A DNA stretch of 64,000 nt, taken from Nocardioides sp. Lineage in GTDB: Bacteria; Actinomycetota; Actinomycetes; Propionibacteriales; Nocardioidaceae. The stretch covers positions 241 to 64,240 of the forward strand of contig NZ_JAEMSS010000001.1 in the NCBI RefSeq assembly GCF_016462705.1, given 5' to 3'. Shown here piece by piece: positions 19,002 through 29,776 of the stretch. Within the stretch, counting starts at the first letter, position 1, and the number at the start of each line of letters is the position of its first letter. A model generated the notes under the pieces. The model searched no databases, was not told the DNA's origin, and saw only the letters and a program-made list of their open reading frames with translations. Position numbers and translations under genes: made by a program.

Positions 19002-22000
19002 ATGGCCCTGCACCTCCACCGCGCCCCGCGCACCGACCTGCTCGCCGACGCCCTCGGCGAGCTGCTGTCGACCCCGCTGGCCGACCCGTTCGCCACCGAG
19101 CTGGTGCTGGTGCCGGCGCGCGGGGTGGAGCGGTGGCTGTCCCAGCGGCTCTCGCACCGGCTCGGTGCCTCGGGTCCGGCCGGGGGCGACGGTGTCTGCG
19201 CCGGCGTGGAGTTCCGGTTCCCGCGCTCGCTGGTCGCCGAGCTCACCGGCACCCGCGACGAGGACCCGTGGGCACCGGACGCCCTGGCCTGGCCGCTGCT
19301 GTCCGTGCTGGACACCTGCCTGGACGAGCCGTGGGCCGCCACGCTGGCCGCCCACCTCGGTCACCGCGACACCGGCGACGAGGCCGAGTTCCGGCGCGGT
19401 CGTCGCTACGCGGTGGCGCGCCGCCTGGCCGGCCTGTTCGCGTCGTACGCCGCCCAGCGGCCGCAGCTGCTGGTCGACTGGTCCGCGGGCGACCCCACCG
19501 ACGGGCTCGGCCACGCGCTCGACGCCGACCTGGCCTGGCAGCCCCCGTTGTGGCGGGCGCTCACCGCCGCGGTGGACGCACCGGTCCCGGCCGACCGGCA
19601 CGCCGAGACGCTGGCCCGACTGGCGACCGGACCCAGCGACCTGCCGCCCCGGGTCTCGATGTTCGGCCACACCCGGATGCCGGCCACCGAGATCGAGCTG
19701 CTCCGGGCCCTCGCCACCCATCACGACCTGCACCTGTGGCTGCCGCACCCCAGCGACGACCTCTGGCGCCGCCTGGCCGACCTCGACGCACCCGCCCCGC
19801 GCCGGGACGACGTCAGCCACCGACGGGTCCGGCACCCGCTGCTGGCCTCGCTCGGCCGGGACCAGCGCGAGCTGCAGCGGAGCCTGGGTGGCGGGTGCGA
19901 GACGGACGAGGAGGTCGCCGCACCGGACCTGCCGGACACGCTCCTCGGCCGGCTCCAGTCCGACCTGCGCGCCGACGCCGTCCGGCCCGAGGGCCGACAC
20001 CACGACCCCGCCGACCACTCGGTGCAGGTGCACCGCTGCCACGGCCCGGCTCGGCAGGTGCAGGTGCTGCGCGAGGTGCTGCTCGGGCTGCTCCAGGACG
20101 ACCCGACACTGGAGCCGCGCGACATCCTGGTGATGTGCCCCGACATCGAGGCCTACGCACCGCTCATCACCGCGGCGTTCGGCCTCGGTGACGTCGTCGA
20201 GGGCGGTCACCCGGCGCACCGCCTGCGGGTCCAGCTCGCCGACCGTGCGCTCTCCAGCACCAACCCCCTCCTCGGTGTCGCGGCCCAGCTGCTCGACCTG
20301 GCGGGCAGCCGGGCCACCGCCAGCGCGGTCCTCGACCTGGCGCAGAGCCCCACGGTGCGCCGCCGGTTCGGCTTCGTGGACGACGACCTCGACGCGCTCA
20401 GCGCCTGGGTCCGCGAGTCGGGCGTCCGCTGGGGCTTCGACGCCGAGCACCGCGAGCCGTTCGGGGTCCGCTACCTCCAGAACACCTGGCGCTTCGGCGT
20501 CGACCGGGTCCTCACCGGGGTGGCCATGTCCGACGACTCCCGGGCCTGGCTCGGCACCGCGCTCCCGCTGGACGACGTCGGCAGCAACCGGGTCGAGCTC
20601 GCGGGCCGGTTCGCCGAGTACGTCGAGCGACTGGTGGCCGCGACCGACGCGCTCATCGGCACCCGGCCGCTGTCGGCGTGGCTGGCCGGGCTGGTCGACG
20701 GCGTGCTCGCGCTCACCCGGGTCGACCGGGCCGACCAGTGGCAGGTCGGGCAGATGCAGCGCGAGCTGGCCCGGGTCGAGGTCGACGCCGGCGAGCGCGG
20801 CGCCAGCCCGCTGCGGCTCACCGACGTGCGGGCGATGCTCCGGGACCACCTGCAGGGCCGCCCGACGCGCGCCAACTTCCGGGCCGGCAGCCTCACGGTG
20901 TGCACCATGGTCCCGATGCGCTCGGTGCCGCACCGGGTCGTCTGCCTGCTCGGGCTGGACGACGGGATCTTCCCCCGCCAGCGGATCGTCGACGGCGACG
21001 ACGCCCTGGCCCGCACACCCGTCACCGGAGAGCGGGACATCCGTTCCGAGGACCGGCAGCTCCTCCTCGACGCCATCGGCGCGGCCACCGAGCACCTGGT
21101 GGTCACCTACACCGGCGCCGACCCGCACAGCGGGCAGGACCGGCCGCCCGCCGTACCGCTCGGGGAGCTGCTCGACGCACTCGACCGCACCACGCAGGCC
21201 CCCGTCCGCGCGCACGTCGTGGTCAAGCACCCGCTCCAGGGCTACGACCTGCGCAACGTCGAGCCCGGCCGGCTGGGCACCCCCACGCCGTTCACGTTCG
21301 ACCAGCAGATGCTCGACGCGGCGACCGCCGCGACCGGCCCGCGCCCGGCCCCCCCGCCGTTCCTGCTGGCCCCGCTGTCGGCACCCGTGTCCCGCACGGA
21401 CGGCGACGGGGACCTCGCCCTCGACGATCTGCTCACGTTCTTCCGTGACCCGGTCAAGGGCTTCTTCCGGGCCCTCGACCTGACCCTCCCGTGGGACGTC
21501 GACGGGATCAGCGACGCGATGCCCGTCGAGATCGACCAGCTCGAGACCTGGGGCGTGGGCGACCGGATGCTCGACGACATGCTGCGCGGCATCCACCCCG
21601 ACACCGCCCGCGAGATCGAGTGGCGTCGCGGTGCGCTGCCGCCGGGCCAGCTGGGCTGGCGCAAGGCCACCGAGGTGCGGGAGACCGCGATGAACCTCGC
21701 CGTCGCCGCGCTCACGCACCGGCAGGTCGCCCCCAAGGCCCACGACGTCGACATCACGCTGCCGGGTGGGCGGCGGCTGACCGGCACGGTCACCCCCGTC
21801 TACGGCGACCGGCTGGTCGCGGTCGGCTACTCGCGGCTCGACGGCAAGCACCTGCTCCAGTCGTGGGTGCGGCTGCTCGCCCTCGCGGCGGGCCACCCCG
21901 ACCACAACTGGACCGCGCTCACCATCGGCCGTTCGCCGCGAGGCACCACGGCTGCCCAGCGGCTGCTCGGGCCGACCTCCGAGGCGCCACTGACGCTCCT

Positions 22001-22280
22001 GTCCGCCCTCGTCGGGCTCTACGACGAGGGCCGCCAGGCACCCCTCCAGCTGCCGCTCAAGACGTCGTTCGCCTGGGCCACCGCGGCCCGCCAGGGCCAG
22101 GACCCCCAGCCCGAGGCCGTCAAGAAGTGGAAGTCGGGCCGCTACCCGGGTGAGGCCGCCGACCCCGCTCACGTCCGGGTCTGGGGCGAGCACGCCGACC
22201 TCGCCGACCTCACCGACCTCCCCGCGCTCGCAGAGCGGCTCTGGTTCCCGCTGCTGGACAGCGAACGGGGGCCGTTATGA
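19002..22280 (+). CDS. recC: Exodeoxyribonuclease V gamma subunit
   Basis: DPFATELVLVP.RGVERWLSQRL, VHRCHGPARQV, VMCPDIE.YAP, CTMVPMRSVP. Confidence 0.95.
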   Translation: MALHLHRAPRTDLLADALGELLSTPLADPFATELVLVPARGVERWLSQRLSHRLGASGPAGGDGVCAGVEFRFPRSLVAELTGTRDEDPWAPDALAWPLLSVLDTCLDEPWAATLAAHLGHRDTGDEAEFRRGRRYAVARRLAGLFASYAAQRPQLLVDWSAGDPTDGLGHALDADLAWQPPLWRALTAAVDAPVPADRHAETLARLATGPSDLPPRVSMFGHTRMPATEIELLRALATHHDLHLWLPHPSDDLWRRLADLDAPAPRRDDVSHRRVRHPLLASLGRDQRELQRSLGGGCETDEEVAAPDLPDTLLGRLQSDLRADAVRPEGRHHDPADHSVQVHRCHGPARQVQVLREVLLGLLQDDPTLEPRDILVMCPDIEAYAPLITAAFGLGDVVEGGHPAHRLRVQLADRALSSTNPLLGVAAQLLDLAGSRATASAVLDLAQSPTVRRRFGFVDDDLDALSAWVRESGVRWGFDAEHREPFGVRYLQNTWRFGVDRVLTGVAMSDDSRAWLGTALPLDDVGSNRVELAGRFAEYVERLVAATDALIGTRPLSAWLAGLVDGVLALTRVDRADQWQVGQMQRELARVEVDAGERGASPLRLTDVRAMLRDHLQGRPTRANFRAGSLTVCTMVPMRSVPHRVVCLLGLDDGIFPRQRIVDGDDALARTPVTGERDIRSEDRQLLLDAIGAATEHLVVTYTGADPHSGQDRPPAVPLGELLDALDRTTQAPVRAHVVVKHPLQGYDLRNVEPGRLGTPTPFTFDQQMLDAATAATGPRPAPPPFLLAPLSAPVSRTDGDGDLALDDLLTFFRDPVKGFFRALDLTLPWDVDGISDAMPVEIDQLETWGVGDRMLDDMLRGIHPDTAREIEWRRGALPPGQLGWRKATEVRETAMNLAVAALTHRQVAPKAHDVDITLPGGRRLTGTVTPVYGDRLVAVGYSRLDGKHLLQSWVRLLALAAGHPDHNWTALTIGRSPRGTTAAQRLLGPTSEAPLTLLSALVGLYDEGRQAPLQLPLKTSFAWATAARQGQDPQPEAVKKWKSGRYPGEAADPAHVRVWGEHADLADLTDLPALAERLWFPLLDSERGPL

Positions 22281-25200
22281 CCGTGGCTCCCACCACCGGG
22301 TCCTTCGAGCTGCTCGCGCCTCTGCCGACCGGCCCCACCACGACCGTCCTCGAGGCCAGCGCGGGCACGGGCAAGACCTACGCCCTCGCCGCGCTGGTCA
22401 CCCGCTACGTCGCCGAGGGCCGGGCCCTGCTCGACGACATGCTGCTCATCACCTTCAGCCGCTCCGCCAGCCAGGAGCTGCGCGAACGGGTGCGCGACCA
22501 GCTCGTCCGCGCCGCCGAGGCGCTCGACGACCCCGCGCTCGCCGACGACGACCTGCTGGTCCACCTCGTCACCGGGACCTCCGACGAGCTCGACCTGCGG
22601 CGGCTCCGGCTGCGTGACGCCCTCGCCGGCTTCGACGCCGCGACGATCGCCACGACCCACCAGTTCTGCCAGCTGGTCCTGCGCTCCCTCGGCGTGGCCG
22701 GCGACACCGATGCGGGGGTCACCCTGGTCGAGAACCTCGACGAGCTCGTGGGTGAGATCGTCGACGACCTCTACCTGCAGCGGTTCGGTGACGAGCGGGA
22801 CACCCCGGTGATGACCCGGGCGCAGGCGCTCGAGCTGGCCCACGACGTGGTGCGCAACCCGCGCACCCGGCTGACACCGGTCGATCCGCCACCGGACACC
22901 AAGGCCGCCGTCCGCCGCGGCTTCGCGGACGACGTGGTGCGCGAGCTCGAGCGGCGCAAGCGGCTGCTGGGCATCCTCGGCTTCGACGACCTGCTCTCCC
23001 GGCTCGCGGTCGCCCTGGAGGCCGACGACGCCCCGGCCCGCGACCGGATGCGGCAGCGCTGGTCGATCGTGATGGTCGACGAGTTCCAGGACACCGACCC
23101 GGTGCAGTGGGAGGTCATCGAGCGGGCCTTCGTGGGCCAGGTGACGCTGGTCCTGATCGGCGACCCCAAGCAGGCGATCTACGCCTTCCGCGGCGGCGAC
23201 GTCGTCACCTACCTCCGGGCCCGCGACCGCGCCGACGCGCTGCTCTCCCTCGACACCAACTACCGCAGCGACGCCCCGTTGGTGCAGCGCCTGCTCCGCG
23301 TGCTCGGCGGGGCGGCCCTGGGCCACGACGACATCGTCGTGCGCGAGGTCACCGCCGAACGGAAGGAGCACCGGCTGGCCGGGGCTCCGCACAACGACCC
23401 CTTCCGGCTGCGCGTGGTCGGACGCGACTCGTTCCCGGGCGTCAGCAGGACCCGGACGATCCCGATGGACGACCTGCGGCCGTTCATCGCCCGGGACCTG
23501 GCCGCCGACGTCAAGGCCCTGCTGGCCTCCGACGCGACGTACGACGGACGGCCGGTCCGGGCCCGCGACGTGGCCGTCATCGTGGAGAGCCACCGCGACG
23601 CCCGGGCCTGCCGCGACGCGCTCGCCGCGGCCGGCGTACCGGCCGTCTACACCGGCGACACCGACGTGTTCGCCTCCCAGGCGGCCGCCGACTGGCAGTG
23701 CCTGCTCGAGGCGTTCGAGCAGCCCGGCCGCAGCGGGCTGGTGCGGGCGGCCGCGACCTCCATGTTCTTCGGGCGTGACGCTGCCGACCTCGTGACCGAC
23801 CCCGAGCTCACCGACACCGTGGCCGAGACCCTGCGCCGCTGGGCCGACCACGCCCGGGCCCGCGGGATCGCCGCGGTGCTCGAGGCGGCCTACGTCGCGG
23901 GCATGGCGGCCCGGGTGCTGGCCTGGCGCGGCGGGGAGCGTCATCTCACCGACGTCGAGCACCTCACCCAGCTGCTCCACGAGGTCGCCCACCGCGAGGG
24001 GCTCGGGCTGCCCGCTCTGCTGCAGTGGCTGCGGACCCAGCGCGAGGAGCGGGCGGGGGCGGCCGAGCGCAACCGCCGTCTCGACAGCGACGCCGCCGCG
24101 GTCCAGATCATGACCGTCTGGGTGAGCAAGGGCCTCCAGTACCCGCTCGTCTACCTGCCGTTCGGGTTCAACCGCAACGTCCGGATGGGCGAGGCCGTGC
24201 TCTACCACGAGCCCGACGGCACGCGGTGCCTCGACATCGGCGGTGCCGGGGGCCCCGGCTACTCCCAGGTGACGACCAAGGGCCGCGCCGAGATGGCCGG
24301 GGACGACATCCGGCTGACCTACGTCGCGCTGACCCGCGCCCAGTCACAGGTCGTCGCCTGGTGGGCGCCGTCATGGGACGAGGTCAACGGCGGGCTCTCT
24401 CGCCTCCTGCGCGGCCGCGTGCTCCACCAGGCCGAGGTGCCGGACTCCCTGCCCGGCACGGTCGACGACGCCGCCGTGCTCGAGCACCTGCGCAAGTGGG
24501 AGGCCGCCGGCGGGCCGACCCTGGAGCGAGCGCGGCCGGCGGACGACGTACCCGAGCCTCCCGCCGCCCCGACGCCGGCCGACCTCGGCGTCCGCCGCTT
24601 CGTCCGCCCGATCGACGTCGACTGGCGGCGCACGTCCTACTCGGCACTGATCCGCGCCGCCGCCGAGACCGGGGTCGGCTCCGAGCCCGAGCTGTCGGTG
24701 CGCGACGACGAGCTCGCCGACGAGCTCGCCGCCCGCCCCGGTGACGAGGCGGAGATCCCCGTCGAGCCGCCGACGGACCAGGACCAGGCCGCACTCCCGT
24801 CGCCGATGGCCGGCCTGCCGTCCGGCGCGGCGTTCGGCTCGCTGGTGCACGGCGTGCTCGAGCTGGCCGACCCGAGCACCGGCGATCTCGAGGCCCAGCT
24901 CCGGACCCACATCGAGGACCAGCGGGTGTGGTGGCCGCTCGACACCTCGACCGAGGACCTGGCGGCGGCCCTGGTCCCCCTTCACCACACGTCGCTCGGG
25001 CCCTTGGCGGAGGGTCTGACGCTCGGTCAGATCGGGCTGTCCGACCGGCTCTGCGAGCTCGACTTCGAGATCCCGCTCGCCGGCGGGGACCTGTCACCCG
25101 GTGTCGACGTGTCGCTGGCCGACGTCGGAGCCTTGCTCGACGAGCACCTCGACCCGGGCGACGTGCTGCGGCCCTACGCCGACCGGCTGCGGTCGCCCGG

Positions 25201-25621
25201 ACTCGGCGGGCAGTCCCTGCGGGGCTACCTCTCCGGGTCGATCGACGTGGTGCTGCGGATCCCTGCCGGTGCCGGGTCGCGCTACCTGGTGGTCGACTAC
25301 AAGACCAACTGGCTGGGCCCGGCCGAGGAGCCGCTCACCGCGGCGGCGTACCGGCGCGACCGGCTCGTCGAGGCCATGCTCCACTCCGACTACCCGCTCC
25401 AGGCACTGCTCTACGTCGTGGTCGTGCACCGCTACCTGCGCTGGCGGCAGCCGGGCTACGACCCCGCCGTCCACCTCGGCGGCGTGCTCTACCTCTACGT
25501 CCGCGGCATGTGCGGCCCGGGGACGCCGGAGGACGACGGCCACCCGGCCGGCGTCTTCTCGTGGCAGCCGCCCATGGCCCTGGTCACCTCGCTGTCCGAC
25601 CTCCTGGACGGCCGGTCGTGA
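22277..25621 (+). CDS. recB: Exodeoxyribonuclease V beta subunit (helicase-nuclease)
   Basis: EASAGTGKT, VDEFQDTD, GDPKQAIYAFRG, YVALTRA, nuclease GSIDVV..VVDYKTN. Confidence 0.95.
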   Translation: MTVAPTTGSFELLAPLPTGPTTTVLEASAGTGKTYALAALVTRYVAEGRALLDDMLLITFSRSASQELRERVRDQLVRAAEALDDPALADDDLLVHLVTGTSDELDLRRLRLRDALAGFDAATIATTHQFCQLVLRSLGVAGDTDAGVTLVENLDELVGEIVDDLYLQRFGDERDTPVMTRAQALELAHDVVRNPRTRLTPVDPPPDTKAAVRRGFADDVVRELERRKRLLGILGFDDLLSRLAVALEADDAPARDRMRQRWSIVMVDEFQDTDPVQWEVIERAFVGQVTLVLIGDPKQAIYAFRGGDVVTYLRARDRADALLSLDTNYRSDAPLVQRLLRVLGGAALGHDDIVVREVTAERKEHRLAGAPHNDPFRLRVVGRDSFPGVSRTRTIPMDDLRPFIARDLAADVKALLASDATYDGRPVRARDVAVIVESHRDARACRDALAAAGVPAVYTGDTDVFASQAAADWQCLLEAFEQPGRSGLVRAAATSMFFGRDAADLVTDPELTDTVAETLRRWADHARARGIAAVLEAAYVAGMAARVLAWRGGERHLTDVEHLTQLLHEVAHREGLGLPALLQWLRTQREERAGAAERNRRLDSDAAAVQIMTVWVSKGLQYPLVYLPFGFNRNVRMGEAVLYHEPDGTRCLDIGGAGGPGYSQVTTKGRAEMAGDDIRLTYVALTRAQSQVVAWWAPSWDEVNGGLSRLLRGRVLHQAEVPDSLPGTVDDAAVLEHLRKWEAAGGPTLERARPADDVPEPPAAPTPADLGVRRFVRPIDVDWRRTSYSALIRAAAETGVGSEPELSVRDDELADELAARPGDEAEIPVEPPTDQDQAALPSPMAGLPSGAAFGSLVHGVLELADPSTGDLEAQLRTHIEDQRVWWPLDTSTEDLAAALVPLHHTSLGPLAEGLTLGQIGLSDRLCELDFEIPLAGGDLSPGVDVSLADVGALLDEHLDPGDVLRPYADRLRSPGLGGQSLRGYLSGSIDVVLRIPAGAGSRYLVVDYKTNWLGPAEEPLTAAAYRRDRLVEAMLHSDYPLQALLYVVVVHRYLRWRQPGYDPAVHLGGVLYLYVRGMCGPGTPEDDGHPAGVFSWQPPMALVTSLSDLLDGRS

Positions 25622-27423
25622 CGGTGCTGACCCACGAGCTCGAGGACCCGCACGACCCGCGCCTGGCGCGCGCGGCCGACGGCCTGCTGCGGACGTTCAA
25701 CGAGGCCGGCGTGCTGGACGCGTCCGACGTGCACGTCGCGCGCCGGCTGTGCGCGCTGACCGCCGAGGACGACCCGCTGGCCGCGCTCGCGGTCGCGTTC
25801 GTCGTCCGTGCGGTGCGCGGCGGCTCAGTGTGCGTCGACCTGGCGTCCGTGGCTGACGTCGAGCTCGCTGCGCTTCCCGACCTGCCGTGGCCCGACCCGG
25901 ACGACTGGCACACCGCCGTCAGCGCCAGCGGGCTGGTCACCGCCGACCAGCCGGTGCTCCGGGTCCTGGACAGCGACGACACCAGGCTGCTCTACCTCGA
26001 CCGCTACTGGCGCGAGGAGGAGCAGGTGCACGCCGACCTGGTGGGTCGCCCCGCCGGTGCCGACGCTCCCGACGAGACCTGGCTGGCCGGGGCGCTGGAC
26101 CGGGTCTTCCCCGCCGAGGGCTACGACGAGCAGCGCGCCGCCGCGCGGGTGGCCCTCACCCGGGCGACCACCGTGCTCACCGGTGGGCCCGGCACCGGCA
26201 AGACGACGACGGTCGCCGCCCTGCTCGCCCTCTGCGCCGAGCAGGCCGACCTGGCCGGCGCCCCCCCGCTGCGGATCGCGCTGGCCGCTCCCACCGGCAA
26301 GGCGGCCGCGCGGCTGCAGCAGGCGGTCGAGCACGAGGTCTCGAAGCTCCCCCCTGCCGACCGCGCCCGGCTCGCGGGCGTCCGGGCGGTCACCCTGCAC
26401 CGGCTGCTCGGCGCCCGGCCGGACACCGCGTCCCGGTTCCGGCACCACCGCGACAACCGGCTCCCCCACGACGTCGTCGTTGTCGACGAGACCTCGATGG
26501 TCTCGTTGACGATGATGGCCCGCCTCCTCGAGTCGGTCCGCGCCGGCAGCCGGCTGATCCTCGTCGGCGACCCCTTCCAGCTCGCGTCGGTCGAGGCCGG
26601 CGCCGTGCTCGCCGACCTGGTCGATGCCGTGCAGGAGCGGAGCGGGATCGGGATCGCGGCGCTGGTGACCTCGCACCGGTTCGGCGAGTCGATCGGCGGT
26701 CTCGCGGAGGCCGTCCGCCGCGGAGACGCCGACGACGCCGTCGCACTCCTCGAGGCGGGAGGCGACCACATGGCGCTCCTCGACGTGCCCGACCCGGCCG
26801 GCGCGGTCCGGGGCCTGGTGGCGCCGCACGCCCTCGCGGTCCTCCGGGCTGCCGAGGCCGGGGACGCCGAGCACGCCCTCGAGCTGCTCGAGCAGAAGCG
26901 GCTCCTGTGCGCCCACCGCGAGGGCCCCTACGGCGTCCGCCACTGGAACGCCCAGGTCGAGCGCTGGCTGGGCGAGGACACCGGGGAGCCGATCTGGTCG
27001 ACCTGGTACGCCGGACGGCCGCTGCTCGTCACCGCCAACGACTACGGACTCGGCATCTACAACGGCGACGTGGGCGTGACGGTGCGGCCCCCGGAGGGCA
27101 GCCCGCGGCGCGCGCTGCGGGCCGCGATCGACGGCAGCACCGGCCGGCTGGACCTGGCCACCAGCCGGGTCGCCCAGGTCGAGACGATGCACGCGCTGAC
27201 GATCCACAAGAGCCAGGGCAGCCAGGCCGACGAGGTCGTGGTGGTCCTGCCGCCGCTGGAGTCCCGGCTGCTCACCCGCGAGCTCTTCTACACCGCCATC
27301 ACCCGGGCTCGCCGGCGCGTCGTCGTGGTGGGCTCCCCCGACGACGTACGCGCGGCGATCGAGCGACGCGCCGTGCGCGCGACCGGGCTGCGCCAGCGGC
27401 TGGCGGGGCCGTCCACCGACTGA
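25618..27423 (+). CDS. recD: Exodeoxyribonuclease V alpha subunit
   Basis: GTGA overlap; YLDRYW, GGPGTGKTT, APTGKAA, VDETSM, TIHKSQGS, YTAITRA. Confidence 0.95.
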   Translation: MTVLTHELEDPHDPRLARAADGLLRTFNEAGVLDASDVHVARRLCALTAEDDPLAALAVAFVVRAVRGGSVCVDLASVADVELAALPDLPWPDPDDWHTAVSASGLVTADQPVLRVLDSDDTRLLYLDRYWREEEQVHADLVGRPAGADAPDETWLAGALDRVFPAEGYDEQRAAARVALTRATTVLTGGPGTGKTTTVAALLALCAEQADLAGAPPLRIALAAPTGKAAARLQQAVEHEVSKLPPADRARLAGVRAVTLHRLLGARPDTASRFRHHRDNRLPHDVVVVDETSMVSLTMMARLLESVRAGSRLILVGDPFQLASVEAGAVLADLVDAVQERSGIGIAALVTSHRFGESIGGLAEAVRRGDADDAVALLEAGGDHMALLDVPDPAGAVRGLVAPHALAVLRAAEAGDAEHALELLEQKRLLCAHREGPYGVRHWNAQVERWLGEDTGEPIWSTWYAGRPLLVTANDYGLGIYNGDVGVTVRPPEGSPRRALRAAIDGSTGRLDLATSRVAQVETMHALTIHKSQGSQADEVVVVLPPLESRLLTRELFYTAITRARRRVVVVGSPDDVRAAIERRAVRATGLRQRLAGPSTD

Positions 27424-27469
27424 CCACCCCGAAACCTCCCCGTCACCCGCATCGCATAGCGTCGAGACC

Positions 27470-28081
27470 GTGCCCTACCTGCTGCGCGTGGAGCTCCCCG
27501 ACGTCCCCGGGTCGCTGGGGCGCGTGGCGACGGCGATCGGTGAGGCCGGGGGCGACATCGAGGCGATCGAGATCGTCGAGAAACGCCACGACGAGGGCAG
27601 CGCTGTCGACGACGTGCTGCTGGAGATGCAGAGCGGCGCGATGCCGGACTCCGTGGTCTCGGCGTGCAATGCCATCGACGGCGTGCAGGTGCTCTGGATC
27701 AACAGGTACGCCGCCGGCGGCAACCTGTTCCTCGACCTGGAGGCGGTCGACGAGCTGACCGCGCACCCCGAGAAGGCGCTGGACCGCGTCATCGACCTGC
27801 TGCCCGACGTGTTCCGGGCCGACTGGGCGGTACGGGTGCACCGGACCCTCGGCGTCACCCAGCGCACGGCTGCCGCCCCCGCCGACCTGGCGTTCATCGA
27901 GCTCGACAGCGCCTCGCGCATCGACGTCGAGGGCGACGAGATCAACCTCTACGCCGGCACCCGGATCGACGGCAACGAGCTGATCGTGCTCGGCCGGCGC
28001 GGCGGACCGGAGTTCGTCGATGCCGAGCTCGCCCGGCTCGGGCACTTGGTGAGCCTGGCGGCCTCGCTCTCGCGACCCTGA
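27470..28081 (+). CDS. ACT-domain protein
   Basis: LRVELPDVPGSLGRVATAIG.AGGDI; GRRGGPEF..ELARL.HL. Confidence 0.85.
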   Translation: MPYLLRVELPDVPGSLGRVATAIGEAGGDIEAIEIVEKRHDEGSAVDDVLLEMQSGAMPDSVVSACNAIDGVQVLWINRYAAGGNLFLDLEAVDELTAHPEKALDRVIDLLPDVFRADWAVRVHRTLGVTQRTAAAPADLAFIELDSASRIDVEGDEINLYAGTRIDGNELIVLGRRGGPEFVDAELARLGHLVSLAASLSRP

Positions 28082-28091
28082 GCGGACCGCC

Positions 28092-28688
28092 TCACCGGAC
28101 GGATGCGCGGAGACCGTCGGACGCGACGCGGATCATCCGCCGGCGGGCCTCGGGGTCGTCGGTGCCGCGACCGCTGCAGGCGGCGATCAGTGCCTTCACG
28201 TCGGCGACATCGATGTCCGCGCCCACCGCGCCGGACTCCTGGGCCTCGGAGAGAAGCCCGGCGAGGGCGCCGATCACGTCGTGGCCGGTGCCGGCAGCGG
28301 CCGACTCGACGTCGAACCCGGCACCAGCCAGGGCGTCGGCCAGTCCGCGGTCCGACGCAGTGGCATCCGCCATGACCTCGAAGAACCCGAAGAACGCCTC
28401 AGCGCCGGTCATGGTGTCGCGCAGCTCCCGGGCCTGCTCGACGAGCCGCCGGACCCGGTCGTGGACGATCGCCCGGTAGAGGTCGTCCTTGGTGGGGAAG
28501 TGGCGGCTCAGCGTCCCGGAGCTGACCCCCGCCCGGCGGGCGATCTCGTGCACCGACACCCCGAGGCCTTCCTGGGCGAAGGCGAGGTAGGCGGCCTCCA
28601 GCAGCCGCTCCCGGTTCCGTTGGGCGTCCGCCCGGAGGGGGCGCGGGCCCGGACGGTCCCCTCCGCTGGGCTCTGGGGTCGTCGGCAC
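28092..28688 (-). CDS. TetR-family regulator
   Basis: LRADAQRNRERLL, IARRAGVSSGTL.RHFPTK. Confidence 0.9.
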   Translation of the reverse strand: MPTTPEPSGGDRPGPRPLRADAQRNRERLLEAAYLAFAQEGLGVSVHEIARRAGVSSGTLSRHFPTKDDLYRAIVHDRVRRLVEQARELRDTMTGAEAFFGFFEVMADATASDRGLADALAGAGFDVESAAAGTGHDVIGALAGLLSEAQESGAVGADIDVADVKALIAACSGRGTDDPEARRRMIRVASDGLRASVR

Positions 28689-28710
28689 CTGTAGGTCCTC
28701 CGGACGGTCG

Positions 28711-28760
28711 ACAAACGGGACGAGCGTCCCGTATATTCACAAACGGGACGTTTGTCCCGA
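28711..28760. promoter_or_regulatory. Tandem palindromic TetR operators
   Basis: ACGGGACGAGCGTCCCGT (28715-28732) and ACGGGACGTTTGTCCCGA (28743-28760), 28-bp period. Confidence 0.75.
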
Positions 28761-28768
28761 TTCTAGCC

Positions 28769-29776
28769 ATGAGCGACGGGAGGCACGTGATGGGTCGAGA
28801 CACCGGGCGGTCGGGGTGGTCCGAGGTCGACGTCGGCAACCAGAGCGGTCGGGTCGCCGTGGTCACGGGGGCGAGCTCCGGCGTGGGCTTCCAGGTCGCC
28901 AGCGTCCTGGCCGGCTCCGGCGCCCGCGTCGTGCTCGCCTGCCGGGACCTCGAGAAGGGACGGGCAGCCGTGTCGCGGATCGCCGCGACCCACCCCGGCG
29001 CGGAGCTCCACCTGGTGCACCTCGACCTGTCGTCGCTCCGCTCGGTGCGTGCTGCGGCCGAGGAGATCCGGGAGACCTGGCCGGCCATCGACCTGCTGGT
29101 CGACAACGCGGGTGTGATGTGGGCGCCCCACCAGGTCACCGAGGACGGCTTCGAGCTGCACCTCGGCACCAACCACCTGGGTCACTTCGCGTTGACCGGC
29201 CTCGTGCTGGACCGGCTCCTTGCGGCACCCGGATCCCGGGTAGTCCTCGTCAGCAGCCCGGCTCATCGGCAGGCCGACGTCAACGATCTCGACGACCTCG
29301 TCGACCTGGAGAACCTCGCCGGCACCCGCGGCTACGACCGAGCCGACGCCTACGCCCGCTCCAAGCTCGCCAACCTGCTCCACGCCTACGAGCTGCACCG
29401 CCGGCTCGCCGACGCCAGCGCCCCGACGATCGCCCTCGCAGCCCATCCCGGCGCCGCCCGCACCGAGCTCAACCGCCACCTGCCGCGCCTGTTCCGCGGT
29501 CCTTCCTGGGGCCTGTCGCGTCCCCTCACCCACAGCCCGGAGAAGGGCGCGCTGCCGCTCCTCATGGCCGCCCTCGACACCGGCCTGACCGGCGGGGAGT
29601 ACGTCGCGCCCTCGGGCATCCGCGAGTTCAAGGGCCGACCCGAGTGCCGCACCTCCAGCGACGTGTCCCATGACCGCGACCTCCAGCGCAGGCTGTGGCG
29701 TGTGTCGGAGCAGCTGACCGGCGTGACCTACGACTTCACCGCACGTCCGCCCGCCGCCGGCCGCGAACCGCTGTGA
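28769..29776 (+). CDS. Short-chain dehydrogenase/reductase (retinol-DH-like)
   Basis: VTGASSGVG, NAGVM, TNHLGHFALT, YARSK. Confidence 0.92.
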   Translation: MSDGRHVMGRDTGRSGWSEVDVGNQSGRVAVVTGASSGVGFQVASVLAGSGARVVLACRDLEKGRAAVSRIAATHPGAELHLVHLDLSSLRSVRAAAEEIRETWPAIDLLVDNAGVMWAPHQVTEDGFELHLGTNHLGHFALTGLVLDRLLAAPGSRVVLVSSPAHRQADVNDLDDLVDLENLAGTRGYDRADAYARSKLANLLHAYELHRRLADASAPTIALAAHPGAARTELNRHLPRLFRGPSWGLSRPLTHSPEKGALPLLMAALDTGLTGGEYVAPSGIREFKGRPECRTSSDVSHDRDLQRRLWRVSEQLTGVTYDFTARPPAAGREPL

